From Camelus dromedarius (lineage: Eukaryota): a stretch of DNA of 64,000 bases. A model generated the notes under the pieces. It had not been told where the DNA came from. It did no database searches and saw only the letters and a program-made list of their open reading frames with translations. Both the position numbers and the translations under genes were made by a program. Positions 13,102 to 24,283 of this stretch are shown here, piece after piece (position 1 is the first letter of the stretch; every line of letters starts with the position of its first letter). Location of the stretch: positions 47,432,001 through 47,496,000 of the forward strand of contig NC_087447.1 in NCBI RefSeq assembly GCF_036321535.1, written 5' to 3'.

Positions 13102-13656
13102 CTGTTTGATAGAGGATCAGGGTTATGGAAGAAGGAGGCCCAGCTCTAGAGCTAGGACAGTGTGTATGGTGGTGCATGGTGGGCTGTGGCAAGTATGTGC
13201 AAAAGATGTTGGGGTGGCAGGGGCAGGGCTAGGATGGAGATGGAGTCTGGTCTGGGAGGACACCAAACATGTGGACAGAGTGGGCATGGAGAGGGCCGGG
13301 AGAGGGTATGGTCTGTGAAGTGACAAGGCACACATGGGCCACAACTTGGAGCTGTCACCATGTAGCATGTCCTTGTGGGTGCCATGACCAGGCACAGGTG
13401 AGACAGCACACACCTGATGTGATGGCATCCAGGTACCAGGGCCTAGTGGGGCTCCAGGGCACAGCAGAGTGACCACCCAGAGCCACAGCAGGAGGGTCTC
13501 TGAGAGTCTACAGCTCTCCCCCACCGCTGTACCATCCCAAGACCCCGAGATGGGGATGCTCCCATCATTGGCCCCAGGAAACGTCTGTGTGTGGGTGTCT
13601 GAGCACACTCGGTTACAAGTGCCCATGGCAGAGCAGGACCCAGCAGGATCACGTAC

Positions 13657-13802
13657 CCGGACCTCCTTGTAGAGCCGCAGGCAGCTGCTGTTGAGGATGA
13701 AGTAGCGATCGTGGAAGCCACCTGAGGGCAGGCCCAGGCCCAGGAGGCTGCGGTCCTCTCGGAACTTCATCATGCCGTGCTTGGTTTCGCCCACATGGCT
13801 GG
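13657..13802 (-). CDS. ARAP1: ARAP1 coding exon 27 (PH5)
   Basis: ASHVGETKHGMMKFREDRSLLGLGLPSGGFHDRYFILNSSCLRLYKEVR. Confidence 0.95.
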
Positions 13803-14004
13803 CTGGGGGAGGAGAGGAGTGGGCACAGGCTGCGTCAATCCTCTGCCAGCAGACACCCAGGGCAGGATCCCAGAATGAAAGAAACTGCCCCATTCTGCCC
13901 CAGCCTCCAAAGAGGCCTGTGCGCCTGGCACTACTCCTACCTGGTGCCACCAGGTCCCACCCCGACTCTGAGTAGCAGGACCCACCACCAGGGCTACCAC
14001 CTAC

Positions 14005-14118
14005 CCAAGTACAGCAGCATGGCCTCCATGGACTGGTGCTTCTTCACCACCAGGTAGCTGTCTGTGCCCAGCCCATGCAGGATGGGCAGCACCTTCTCCG
14101 TAAAGTGCAGGGGGCGCT
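14005..14118 (-). CDS. ARAP1: ARAP1 coding exon 26 (RA domain)
   Basis: ERPLHFTEKVLPILHGLGTDSYLVVKKHQSMEAMLLYL. Confidence 0.95.
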
Positions 14119-15029
14119 CTGGGGAGAGGTCAGATCCGCTGTCACAAGGGCCACATGGCCTGATAGCACTGAGGGCTGGCCCATGGACACACATCACCTG
14201 TGTCCAACGGCATGGTCCACTCCCTCCGCCTCTGGCACAACACATCACCACCATGACCACCTCTCATACCTGAGCTTCAGGCCCGACACACCTGGCCGGG
14301 ACCAAACCTGCTCCAACCCAATGCATCCAAAACCAAGCCAGTGCTCTTCCCTGTGTGTTCTCATCAGGGAAAACAGCACTACCAACCAGGCCTCTCAAGC
14401 CTCCCTCTCAGCCTCCATGTGTTGAATCTCTCTGCTTCTGTCCTTTTCCTTGCAGCCACTCTGGCCCATGAGACACCTTCTCCTTGGACCAATACTATGG
14501 TCTCTGAAGTGGTCTCTACCATGTGCTGTCAACCCCTCTCCCCATGTCTCTCCACCCAGCAGCAAGCAGCAATCTTTTCGCACTCCCAACCACTAATGCT
14601 TCAATGACCTTGAATTGTTATCAGGCCCTGATGGCTGCCTCTGCCTCTATCTCCAGTCCCACCCTGTGCCATGACCACTCACTGTCCTTCTCTCAGGCTC
14701 CCTAGAAGGGTGGTGTCCCTGGACACCACAGGGCCTCTGCCCATGCTGTTCCCTCTGCCTGGAAGTACTTTCTCCCTCTTCACCAAGTAACCCCTACTCT
14801 TCCTTCACCTCCTAGCCCAGGGACTCCAAAGCCAGAGACCCTGTTATAAGCTCTGGTGGCACTGTGGCCCTTTCCGTCACAGCAGTTAACACAGCTGGAG
14901 TTGTATGTTTATCGGTGTGATCACGGGATTAGCATCTCTATTCCAGATCAGACTTAACCCCTGTGAGGGCAGGGAATGTGTCTGGCTCCCCAGCCCAGTG
15001 CCTGGCACTCAACAAATGGTAGTAAAACA

Positions 15030-15425
15030 CCCTTATCCTCCACTGCCACTGAGACTGCCCTTCACCCTAAAATGACTTTATCACCCCCGTTCACCATCAT
15101 GGCCTTTTCACAACACCATCACAACCACCCTTATATACACTGCCCCCCCCCACTCCTTGTGCATGGTCATTGCCACCAACGCTGTCACCCACAATCCCAT
15201 TACCAAATTCAGCATCACCACCCTTGCAAGCAACACCATTCTCACTCCCCACTGAGAAAGCATCATCATAGCCGACACCATCTACTCCTTCACAGTCCAT
15301 CCCATCAGCCATATTATAGCTGTCACCTGAACCCCCATCAGCACACTGTCACCACCACCACTGAGATCACAGCATGACAACATTTGCATTCTAAAACCCC
15401 CTTTACCACCACTGTCGCCACACTG
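15030..15425. repeat. CAC/CAT-rich low-complexity tract
   Basis: Decayed (CACCAT)n; source of the His-rich spurious ORF. Confidence 0.7.
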
Positions 15426-15510
15426 CAGGGCAGGGGAGGATAGACTGGGGCTGCAGCCCAGACAAGGACAGGCTGCCCCATTTCCTGAACCTATCCTAGT
15501 GCACACCCAC

Positions 15511-15628
15511 CTGCCTCCTCTCTCTCGTTGACCTCGAAGCACGTCCAATAGTCCTTCTCCCTGATGCCCACATTCCTGCGATCTAAGATCTCCAGGGTAA
15601 GCTCCTCAGCTGTCATGGATGCCGGGAT
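15511..15628 (-). CDS. ARAP1: ARAP1 coding exon 25 (RA domain)
   Basis: IPASMTAEELTLEILDRRNVGIREKDYWTCFEVNEREEA. Confidence 0.95.
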
Positions 15629-15915
15629 CTGCAGTGAGCGAGGAGGAGCAAGACATCAGCCTACCCCAACCCTGGCCCTTGCTGTGTGATCTCGGGGCCT
15701 AGCCCATCCCTCTCAGGGTCCTCTGGAGTCCTGGGATGAAGGAGGGTGTCTCTGAGTGGTCCTGATGAGCTGGGTTGGGAGGAGGGGAAGAGACAGGCCC
15801 TGGCACTAGCCAGCTACAGGTCCCAAACTAGGGCTCCCTTTGGGACGGAAGCCCTGCTCCTCTGGTCATCTAAGCCTGTGCCTGGCCCCTTGGCTTCTAG
15901 GTCCCCAACTCTCAC

Positions 15916-15984
15916 CTTGATATGCTGCTCCATCTCTGCCTTCTTCTCCTCCAGGTACACCGTGCAGATGAAGTCACCGGCATG
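15916..15984 (-). CDS. ARAP1: ARAP1 coding exon 24 (RA domain)
   Basis: HAGDFICTVYLEEKKAEMEQHIK. Confidence 0.95.
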
Positions 15985-16070
15985 CTGTGGGGAGACAGGG
16001 CTCAGCTGGAGGCCTGGGAGCGGGTGCAGGAGGCTGGCTTGAGCCCCTCACCCCAGGCCTTGTCCTTTAC

Positions 16071-16157
16071 CTGGGTCCCACTGGCAGTGCCTGCCACACG
16101 CATCTTCACAATGGCGGTGATCTCCTCCCGCTGCTTCCTCAGCTCCTCCTCATCCAC
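16071..16157 (-). CDS. ARAP1: ARAP1 coding exon 23
   Basis: VDEEELRKQREEITAIVKMRVAGTASGTQ. Confidence 0.95.
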
Positions 16158-16246
16158 CTGGGAAAGTGGGGAGGGACAGGGACAGACGGTCACTGCCACC
16201 CAGGAGGCTCAGTCCTACCCCCACCACCCACTGGCTGGGGACGCAC

Positions 16247-16394
16247 ACTAAACACCACTACATAGTGGTTGATGAGGTCTTCCACCACACGGCCAGCCTT
16301 GTAGTCCTGCCCATCTGTCTGGAAGAGCGTGGGCCCAAACACAATAGCCAGGTTGTGCGTGTTCATCTGGTTTGTGTCTGAGAAGCACTGGACA
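16247..16394 (-). CDS. ARAP1: ARAP1 coding exon 22 (RhoGAP)
   Basis: VQCFSDTNQMNTHNLAIVFGPTLFQTDGQDYKAGRVVEDLINHYVVVFS. Confidence 0.95.
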
Positions 16395-16797
16395 CTGGAC
16401 AGAGAAGGATGGAAGCCTTGAGTGAAGAGTCCAGCCCAGAACTTCCCTGCCTCACCTTCCCTATTCCTGACAGGTCCATGAATGGCCCTTGGAGTGAGGC
16501 CAAGGAAAGTCCCGGTCAGAGCGGACCACTAGTTAAGGAAAAGAGGATACAGTCTTTCTGGCCATGTCTTGGGTCCTGGCAAGCAATAGGGCTGGGAAGC
16601 TGAGATCTGGCCTCTAGCTGAAACCTCCTCTACTCTCCTACCCAGCACAAAGTAAGCTGGGAGACAAAGTGTCCAAGACCAGGGCACGTCGTAAGTCAAC
16701 GCTCAGTTCCAAGGCCTACCTGGTTCCCAGGGGAGTGCAATCAGCCAGGTTGGGAGTAGAAGAGTCTTTTCCACCCTCCCCCCCCATCACTCCTCAC

Positions 16798-16903
16798 CAG
16801 TACAGGTGGCTGATAAGGGCCTTCACTGTGGCCCGGTTGACTGGAGGCAGACGTGCCAGGAGCTCTCTGTACCTGGAGACCTTCTCCTCTTCATCCTCAA
16901 TCT
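16798..16903 (-). CDS. ARAP1: ARAP1 coding exon 21 (RhoGAP)
   Basis: EIEDEEEKVSRYRELLARLPPVNRATVKALISHLY. Confidence 0.95.
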
Positions 16904-17266
16904 CTGGGTCAGGAGAGACAGATCAGGTCAGGAACCCCTCTGTAACCACCCACCCTGTCCTACTCCTCTGGCTGCTCTGCATCTCATCCTAGGTGACAGC
17001 ACTCCCTTGTCCCCTTCCAAGTCAAATCAGGCCAGGCACACAGCAACGATTAGGAATTCTGTATAGAGAATTCTCTGTATACAGAGAATGGCTCTGTATA
17101 GAGTAACAATAGGAATGAGAGGAAAGGAGGAAGGGGACTGGAGTCCACCACTGGGGCATGCCTAGTCCAAGTGCATGAGGGGGAGGGGAGAGAAAACTGA
17201 GATCAGAATGGACAAGTCAGCAGCCCTGGCCTGGGTCTCAGGCTAGACACTGGCTGCAGGGCCCAC

Positions 17267-17479
17267 CTGAGGCCTCCAGCCAGGCTAGGCGCTGGACTCG
17301 GGTGAAGAGCCCATCAGGCAGGTCTCGCAGGAAGCGCTTGAGTGCCGAGGAGACATCGTCCACGTGCTGTTCGCCCTCCTTGAGGCGCACAGAGCGAGCG
17401 TCCTGCCTCAGGCTCTCCAGCAGCCGCTGTGTCTTCGATGTCTGCCCACACTTGCGGTAGATGCCCTCAGAGGTCAGGC
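17267..17479 (-). CDS. ARAP1: ARAP1 coding exon 20 (RhoGAP, arginine finger)
   Basis: GLTSEGIYRKCGQ...SSALKRFLRDLPDGLFT...WLEAS. Confidence 0.96.
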
Positions 17480-17658
17480 CTGGAGAGGGGTGGGGCTGAG
17501 CTGGGGGCGGGGCCAAACATGAGGCGGGGAGGGTATTGCTCCTGGGGTGTGCCTCACAGCTACTTTCAGAGGGATCTGGGGAAGGCGAGGCTTGGCCTCT
17601 GGGGTAGGTGAAAGTCTCTTTGGCGGGGCGGGGCCTGTGCCACGGGGGCGGGGCTCAC

Positions 17659-17822
17659 CGCACTGGGTGATGTAGTCCACACAGCGGTACACAATCACCG
17701 GGATATCCGAGTCTCCAAGCTGCTGCTCCGACAGTGTGTCCCCTGAGCTAGCTGCTGCTTTCTGGATGGCTCCCAGCCAGCCCGTGAAGTCCAGACGCCG
17801 TTCCCCCTGGATGTACAGCGTC
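17659..17822 (-). CDS. ARAP1: ARAP1 coding exon 19 (PH4 end, RhoGAP start)
   Basis: TLYIQGERRLDFTGWLGAIQKAA...DIPVIVYRCVDYITQC. Confidence 0.95.
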
Positions 17823-17931
17823 CTGGGCCGGGGATAGTCAGTCACTTGGGGGCTTAACCTTACTCAACCCCTCCCAGGCCTGTCTGCCTACCACAGGCTT
17901 CTCAGAGCCCCTTAAGGAGGCCAGGGCTCAC

Positions 17932-17983
17932 CTCCTTCGCTCCACCAGCACCAGCACCTGGTTCTCGCTGTCTCCTTGGACGG
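17932..17983 (-). CDS. ARAP1: ARAP1 coding exon 18 (PH4)
   Basis: SVQGDSENQVLVLVERR; ccacag| and ag|gtgagc. Confidence 0.93.
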
Positions 17984-18235
17984 CTGTGGAGGGGCCAGTC
18001 AAAGTGAGGCCCAGGCCTTGTTCATGGTCCCCAACCTGCTCCCTCCTGAGGCCCTCTGGGCCCACACACCCCGGGGACCCACCCACCAACACGCTGGGTG
18101 GCTGAGATGCACCCCAAGGGCAAGAGAGGACATGACAGGGCAGGCTGATTCCTAATGGCTAGGGAGAGGTTAGGGGCTTGGGAGCCCAGGATAGGGTGCC
18201 CTGGAGGTTGGGTGCCCAGGTTCAGGTCCACGCAC

Positions 18236-18431
18236 AAAGCTCCTGCAGTTTCCGAAGTTGCAGTGGCTCCTCACAGGGCCCCTCTGGGAAGACAGCGTGG
18301 AGCTCAGAGCCGATGAGGGAGAACCAGCCCTCCTGGGCCTGCTGCAGGCTCAGGCCAGCTTTGTAGGGTAGGCGCCCAAGCCTCTCAAAATCCCGTGCCA
18401 GCAGATCCTCAGCTAGGGGAGGCACAAACGC
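18236..18431 (-). CDS. ARAP1: ARAP1 coding exon 17 (PH4)
   Basis: AFVPPLAEDLLARDFERLGRLPYKAGLSL...QLRKLQEL. Confidence 0.95.
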
Positions 18432-19295
18432 CTGGTGGGGAGGCCGGGGAAAAGGGAGGCAGCCGGGGAGACTGCATCAGCCAACAGCCCTACCCTCCCA
18501 GGACACCCTAGGATTTTGGCTTACGGGCATGTGCTCATTTCCCACCCAGCTGCCGCCTCCCTCTCCCCAAGGCCAGAGACCAGCACAGTGAACAAACTTG
18601 GGTATCATGTCCCACTTCATACCCACTCAGATTTGCCCTCCTCAAGAATACCTTCCCAGACACCATTAGGGATGTCCCTTCCCTGGAGCCCCTGGCATCC
18701 TTGCCCTCTGCTGTAGTACCAATTACACTGTTTTTGCTGTCTGGACCCCATCTGTCTCTCTACCAGCATGGGAGCCTCTGAAAACTCAGGACTAAGACTG
18801 GTTCGTCTGGGTCACCAGGGCTCTGAGGGCTGACCATCAGGAGACTCACAGATGGCTGATCAATGGACAAGAGAGTAAGAGTCACAGGCTCTCACGGCAC
18901 AGAGGACCCCAGAGGGCACCTGGCTCTAGTCTCCAGGGCAAAGCCTCCCTGCCTCCTTCTGGGACAAGGATCTCACTCCCCCTGGAGGTAGCACTGTCCA
19001 TCCTAGGATGGTTCTGACAGTCATTGATTATTTAACACTTGTTGAACACCTAAGCTTAGAGTGCAAGGCTTATGGCCCTTCTTCCACATAGTTGAGACAG
19101 GTCTCCTGACCTCTCCCCCAGGGGTGCTGCAGATTATATCGGGCCCTTGGCCTGAGAAGCCTGCCCGTGTCTGCTGCCCTCCATCCAGCCCCTGCTCCAT
19201 GAGGTGGGAGAGCTGAGATACAGGGGATGGGCCAGGAGGTCCTACCGTGGGCCCTGTCAGACTCCCCCCACACCCACCTGCTAACCCAGGCCCAC

Positions 19296-19398
19296 CTTAG
19301 CAATGCACTTGACCCACTCACGAGCCAGCTCTGCGCTCTCCAGCCCAAACAGGTACAGCCGCTCTCCCTCCGTGTACACCTCAAAGGTGTGCTCAAAA
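19296..19398 (-). CDS. ARAP1: ARAP1 coding exon 16 (PH3)
   Basis: FEHTFEVYTEGERLYLFGLESAELAREWVKCIAK. Confidence 0.95.
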
Positions 19399-19672
19399 CT
19401 GTAGATACACAGGCCAGGATTTAGGCCCACTCTACCCAGCCCTGGCCCGCCCCCACTGCCCTTGTGACTGCCCTTCCACTGGCCCCCTAAGAGGTGAAGG
19501 AAAAGCCTTAGGCTGGGGCCTCAGGAAACCTGGCTCAGGCCTTGCATAGCCCCAACTTGCTGTGTGACCCTGGGGAGGCCCTGCCCCTCTCTGGGCCTGT
19601 TTTCCTGTCTCCCTGATGGAGGGTTGGACCTCAAATCAGTAACAGTCTGTGATTCTGCCCAGGTGCACTCAC

Positions 19673-19808
19673 CCGTGGGTGTCGGGAGCAGGTACTGCCA
19701 GACACACAATCTCGCTGGCCCGAATCTCCCCGTTGGGGGTCACTGCCCGTTCATTCTCGTAGTAGCTCAGGACCCCGTCGCTAAGGACACACCAGCGTCG
19801 GCTGAACT
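19673..19808 (-). CDS. ARAP1: ARAP1 coding exon 15 (PH3)
   Basis: EFSRRWCVLSDGVLSYYENERAVTPNGEIRASEIVCLAVPAPDTH. Confidence 0.95.
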
Positions 19809-20709
19809 CTGGGGAGAAGTTGGACGGGGAACCGTGAGGGAGCCCTCCACCCTCAACTGAACACTACCTCTGCATCCTCCCTAGGCCCCCACTCCCACCT
19901 GACCCATGTCCTCTTCATTCTAACTCACAAGCTTCTCCCCAATCCATCCTCCTCCCTGTCACTCCAACAACCCAGCCCAGCCCACATGTCATCCCTGGAC
20001 CTGCAGGGTCTGCCCCTGCCCACCTTGCCAACTGCCTCTCTGACCACTTCTGGGTACACACCCCACACTCCCTGCTTTTGCTCCTTCTTCACCCACACCC
20101 TCCACCCTTCAAGGCCAGCCCAGATGCTAGAGGAAGCCTTCCAAATCGCACCCTGCAACCTCATGCCCCACTCTCCTTTGCCAGCGGGACCCATCACTCT
20201 ACACTCTGCTTCCTCCTATGATGGCTCTGAGAAGACTGACAAGATCCCATAAAGGAACAGAAATGGAAATCTGGAGCAGGAAAGTAGGAGAAAGAACAGA
20301 ATGTCAAGGTCATGCAGGCTCATTACAGTTCACAGCACTGAGCATCACATTGGCTCAGAGCTTCCTGGCACCCAGGGCAAAAAAGGATGACTCAGACAGT
20401 TGCATAAATGACATTATCCAGCAGAGGGAGGTAGACTAGGGGCACTGCCCCAGGGGCAGTGAGGTGGTAAACAGCCCAGAGTTCCAAAGAAATCTGTTGG
20501 AGAGTTGGAGGGCTTCATCCGGGGTGCTGAGGGATGCAGTGAGCAACGGCCTCAACAATGCTTGGATAGCACACACTGTGTCTCACCCTGTCCATGAATG
20601 AGGGCATGACTTTGCCCTCTGAGGGTGGTGTGTCCCAGAGCCTGCCTCCCAGGCTGGGCTTTCTTCAAGAGCACCAGCCCGGCCTCAGTCACTCTTCATC
20701 CTGTGACAT

Positions 20710-21130
20710 TTGCAAGGGCCCACTGTGTTTAGGCACCATTCTAGTGCTGGGAGCTTCAGTGCTGGCCAAGATGAGCTTATATTCCAGTAAGGCACAGAGA
20801 ATCAGTAAATATATCCATAAATAGACAAATTAGTATAAGTGGTGTGAAAGTAGGGTAAAAAGGGCTTGCTATTTTGGATTAAGTGATTGGGGATGAAGTC
20901 TCTGAGGAGTGACATTTAAACAGTGACCTGTTTGAAGTGAGGAACTGACCATGTAGATATCTGGAGGAAAGCATTTTCAAAAACGTGCGTGTTTGAGAAA
21001 CAGCAGAGGCCAGTAAAGCCAGAACACAGTGAGTGAGGGAAGAGGAGTCAGAGAGGTAACCGGGTGGGGCGGGTGATGGGCAGGTCCCTGTGGGATGTGG
21101 TAATTAGGGCTATGGATTTTACTTATACTT
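20710..21130 (-). mobile_element. L2 fragment
   Basis: ggcaccattctagtgctggg...tctgaggagtgacattt...gtgtttgagaaacagcagagg typical of reversed L2. Confidence 0.5.
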
Positions 21131-21489
21131 GGGAGCAAATGGAAGGGAGGGACAGAGCTTTAAGCCTAGTCCTCAAATTTCCCAGCCTCCATGTGCTCCA
21201 AATACCAGATGCCCAGAGCGGGGCCCATACCTAGTAGGTGTTCCATAAAGTTTTCTTCGGTCTAAAGGAAACTCTGACTCATTCTGCAGCTCCATGCCCC
21301 ACTCCCACCCTGATCAGCCCATTTATTAAGCACCTACTGTGTGCCCAAGACCATACCCAGGAGGCGTTCCAGGGTGACTCTGCACTTGGCACCCTCATGT
21401 GTCCCCCAGTCTGGCCAGCTAGCTATCTCTAGCTTCTCTGGCCTTGCCACCAACAGAATGCCCTGGGCGGGGTCTGGCCCAGCACCCAC

Positions 21490-21624
21490 CTTCCCGGGCC
21501 CGGCGGTCCTGCAGTGGCTTGCCGGCAGAAGCAGTCTTGTAGAGGAAGCCACTGTGGTTCACAGTTGGCAGGACAACTGAGTAGTGCTTTTCCAGGGGCT
21601 TCATTGAATCCAGTCGAGGTATCT
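21490..21624 (-). CDS. ARAP1: ARAP1 coding exon 14 (PH3 start)
   Basis: EIPRLDSMKPLEKHYSVVLPTVNHSGFLYKTASAGKPLQDRRARE; AAG-type acceptor ccccaaag|. Confidence 0.94.
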
Positions 21625-22835
21625 CTTTGGGGAAGGAAAGGAGGAAAGAATGGCTGGTCATGCCCACTATCCCAGGGTATTCTCCTCACTCTACTTGGGT
21701 TGGGTATCTAAGCTGGCATTCAAGTCACCAGCCCCGCTCCCCAGCACAGCTCCCTGCCTAGCACCCTTGGGCTCTTACTGCCACATTAAGGATTATGCCT
21801 AAGCCATTCTCCACCTTTCCCACCTGTGTAAATTCCACCCTACTCGCAAGGCCCGGCTCCAGTACTTCTCCTTCCAGGCAGCTTCCCTGACTCCCTAGCC
21901 CAGATCTTCCTGTTGGGGGCACAGGGCCAGCACACTAGAAAGAGGGAGGCCTTGAGCAACTCACTAACGATTCCTACAGGGAGCCCCATCTCAGACAATG
22001 CGAAGCCGAAGGAAGCAGCCTGGCTCCAGCCCTGCTCTCAGCAGCCCCAAAGCCCAAGCCAGCTGGGTGGTCTCCTGTGCCTCCCTGGACACCTGGGCTC
22101 TCTCCAGCCCAGTGCACCCCACCCACCCGTGGCCCTGAGCCCAGAGCGCTGGCCGCCGAACTCCACCCTCAGTTCTGGGATGTGGCCCCACAGGCCAGCA
22201 CTGGGCCACGACCAGCAGCGCTCACCCCCACCACCCCCTCCTCACCCACCAAAGAGTGGGAGCCAAACAGGATCCAACCCATCTGCGACAGAGCCCTGCT
22301 CAGACAGAGTGGTGGACGAGGCTGCCATGGTGGGTCGCCCGCACACGGGGAAATGTGGCACCACCCCCACACAGCAGCACAGACACACTCTGCACACGCA
22401 CAATCCCCAAAGCCCTTGACACCCTCTAGGTGCAAGAAAGCAAGGCCACCACAGCTCAGAGATGCACAGACACCAGCACGCGGACGCCACCCTGAGGGCC
22501 CACGCCACAGGTCAAGGAGAGACCCACAAATACACAAAGAGAGATGCCAAGACAGAGACACAAGGGAGACTCAAAGAGACACACATATGAAGGAGAAGAC
22601 AGAGGCACAAATGTACACTGATGTGCAAACCCAAAACACACCCAAAGTCACACACACTGTTACACCACGGCCCCTGGAGGAGCTGCAGTTACAGCTCGAG
22701 TTGGTATATAAAACAAACCTCACAGGACAATACACAGCTCCTGGCACTCTGCAATCAGCATCGCTTCCAAGGAGCCAGACTATGGCAGCAGGGAGGCCCC
22801 ATTCCTCGAAGTGGACAGTCCCACCGGCCACTCAC

Positions 22836-23010
22836 CTGTGGTCCGATTGTTCCGAAGGAATTCCATCTGCAATGTCTGTCCCGCCTGCTCGGCAAGAGCC
22901 AGGGGCGTGGGGGCCTCAGGGTCCCCTGAGAAGCAGTTGACCCCAGCCCCACAGCCCAGCAGCGCCTGGGTCTCGGCCAGGTCTGAGGTGGTGACCGAGG
23001 CACACAGGGC
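22836..23010 (-). CDS. ARAP1: ARAP1 coding exon 13 (ankyrin repeats)
   Basis: ALCASVTTSDLAETQALLGCGAGVNCFSGDPEAPTPLALAEQAGQTLQMEFLRNNRTT. Confidence 0.95.
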
Positions 23011-24100
23011 CTGGGAGGAGGGGAGAGGAGGGAGGGGCGGGTCAGCCCAAGCCAGAGTGAGGGGCCAGTGGGACCAGGGCTGTGAGGGAGGAGACAGAGG
23101 AAGAGGAAGGAGTCACTCAGGTCAGGAGCCCACCCTCAGGGTGGAAGACAGAAGAGAAGGGAAGAAAGACAGAGGAGAGGAGGAGGAGGAGAAGGGCCAA
23201 GAGGAGTGAGAGTGGGCAAAGGCTGCCCCACAGGGGCCAGGTATCCCAGCAGCCCAGGCCTCACCCCTGCAGGCAGTCCTGTGGGACCCTGACAGCCGCC
23301 AAGCCTGTTCTCTAGAGGATCTCAAGCTCCCTCTGCCTTGCGGAAGGGCAGAGGGGGGTGCTTTGTAGCTAATTCCTCCCACATTTGAATTCCTCACTGC
23401 CTGCCCAGCCCTCCCAACCAATGGGAGTTGCCGCCCCTCCTGGCTGGCGGGCTAGACTGGGCTGGGCTGGGGGCTGAACGCCTGGGTTCCTGGGAGGTGG
23501 AGAAGCCTGGCTCCCACTGGGCTTCTAGCTGGACTGAGCCTGACTGGGTGGGGCTGCTTGGGGGAAGGGCTGAAGGTTGACCAGCGGTCACAAGTGGCAT
23601 CCCCCTGCCTCGGAGCAGGCTACCTCCCACTCAGGCCCAACCAGACCAGGGACAGGGCTTGGCTCCCGGCCTGTCAGGGCCTGGGGCCCATACAGGGCCT
23701 CATCTTGAGAGGGGTGTGGATGGGGGTGGGTCGGAGCAGCCAGCTGTTTTTCATGAGCCTGACAGGAAATAGCATCCCCATCAAGTTCACTCCTTTTGGC
23801 ATGATTCAGAAGGAGCAGGACGGGGTGCGGAGACAGAGGAATCAGGAGGGGAGGGAGGCAGACAGATGCTGGGGACGTGGCCTTGGCCCAAGGGTCAGGC
23901 CTAGTTCCTCCTTGCTTTGTCCCAACTGTCCCCATGGCCTAGGCAGGGCCCCTCTGCCCTCTGGGCCTCAGTCTCCCCCCAGGCCAGCTCTTCACTCTGA
24001 GCTAGTAGAAATGATGGGCTGAGATAGAGTGAAGAATGGGGGGCTGGGGGAGGAAGAAAGAGGGTAGTTTCAAGGGGCCTCAGAGGCCCAGTGCCCTGAC

Positions 24101-24283
24101 CTTGTCCAGCTCCTCCTGGTTGCCAAAGAGCGGATGGTAGCGACGGTACTTGCCCTCTCGGTATTTGGCCTCTAGGTGGCACCGCCGGGCACCAGGGCTG
24201 CTGTTGGGCTGTAAGGCCTCACTGGGGGGCACATTTGCTGCCCAGAAGTGGTTCCCGGCAGCATTGCCCAGCTGTAGGAAGAG
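24101..24283 (-). CDS. ARAP1: ARAP1 coding exon 12 (ArfGAP)
   Basis: LFLQLGNAAGNHFWAANVPPSEAL...HPLFGNQEELDK. Confidence 0.95.

Noticed and set aside
22077..22940. 287-aa plus-strand ORF antisense to ARAP1
   Set aside because: Non-ATG start, CA-rich low complexity, no recognisable homology
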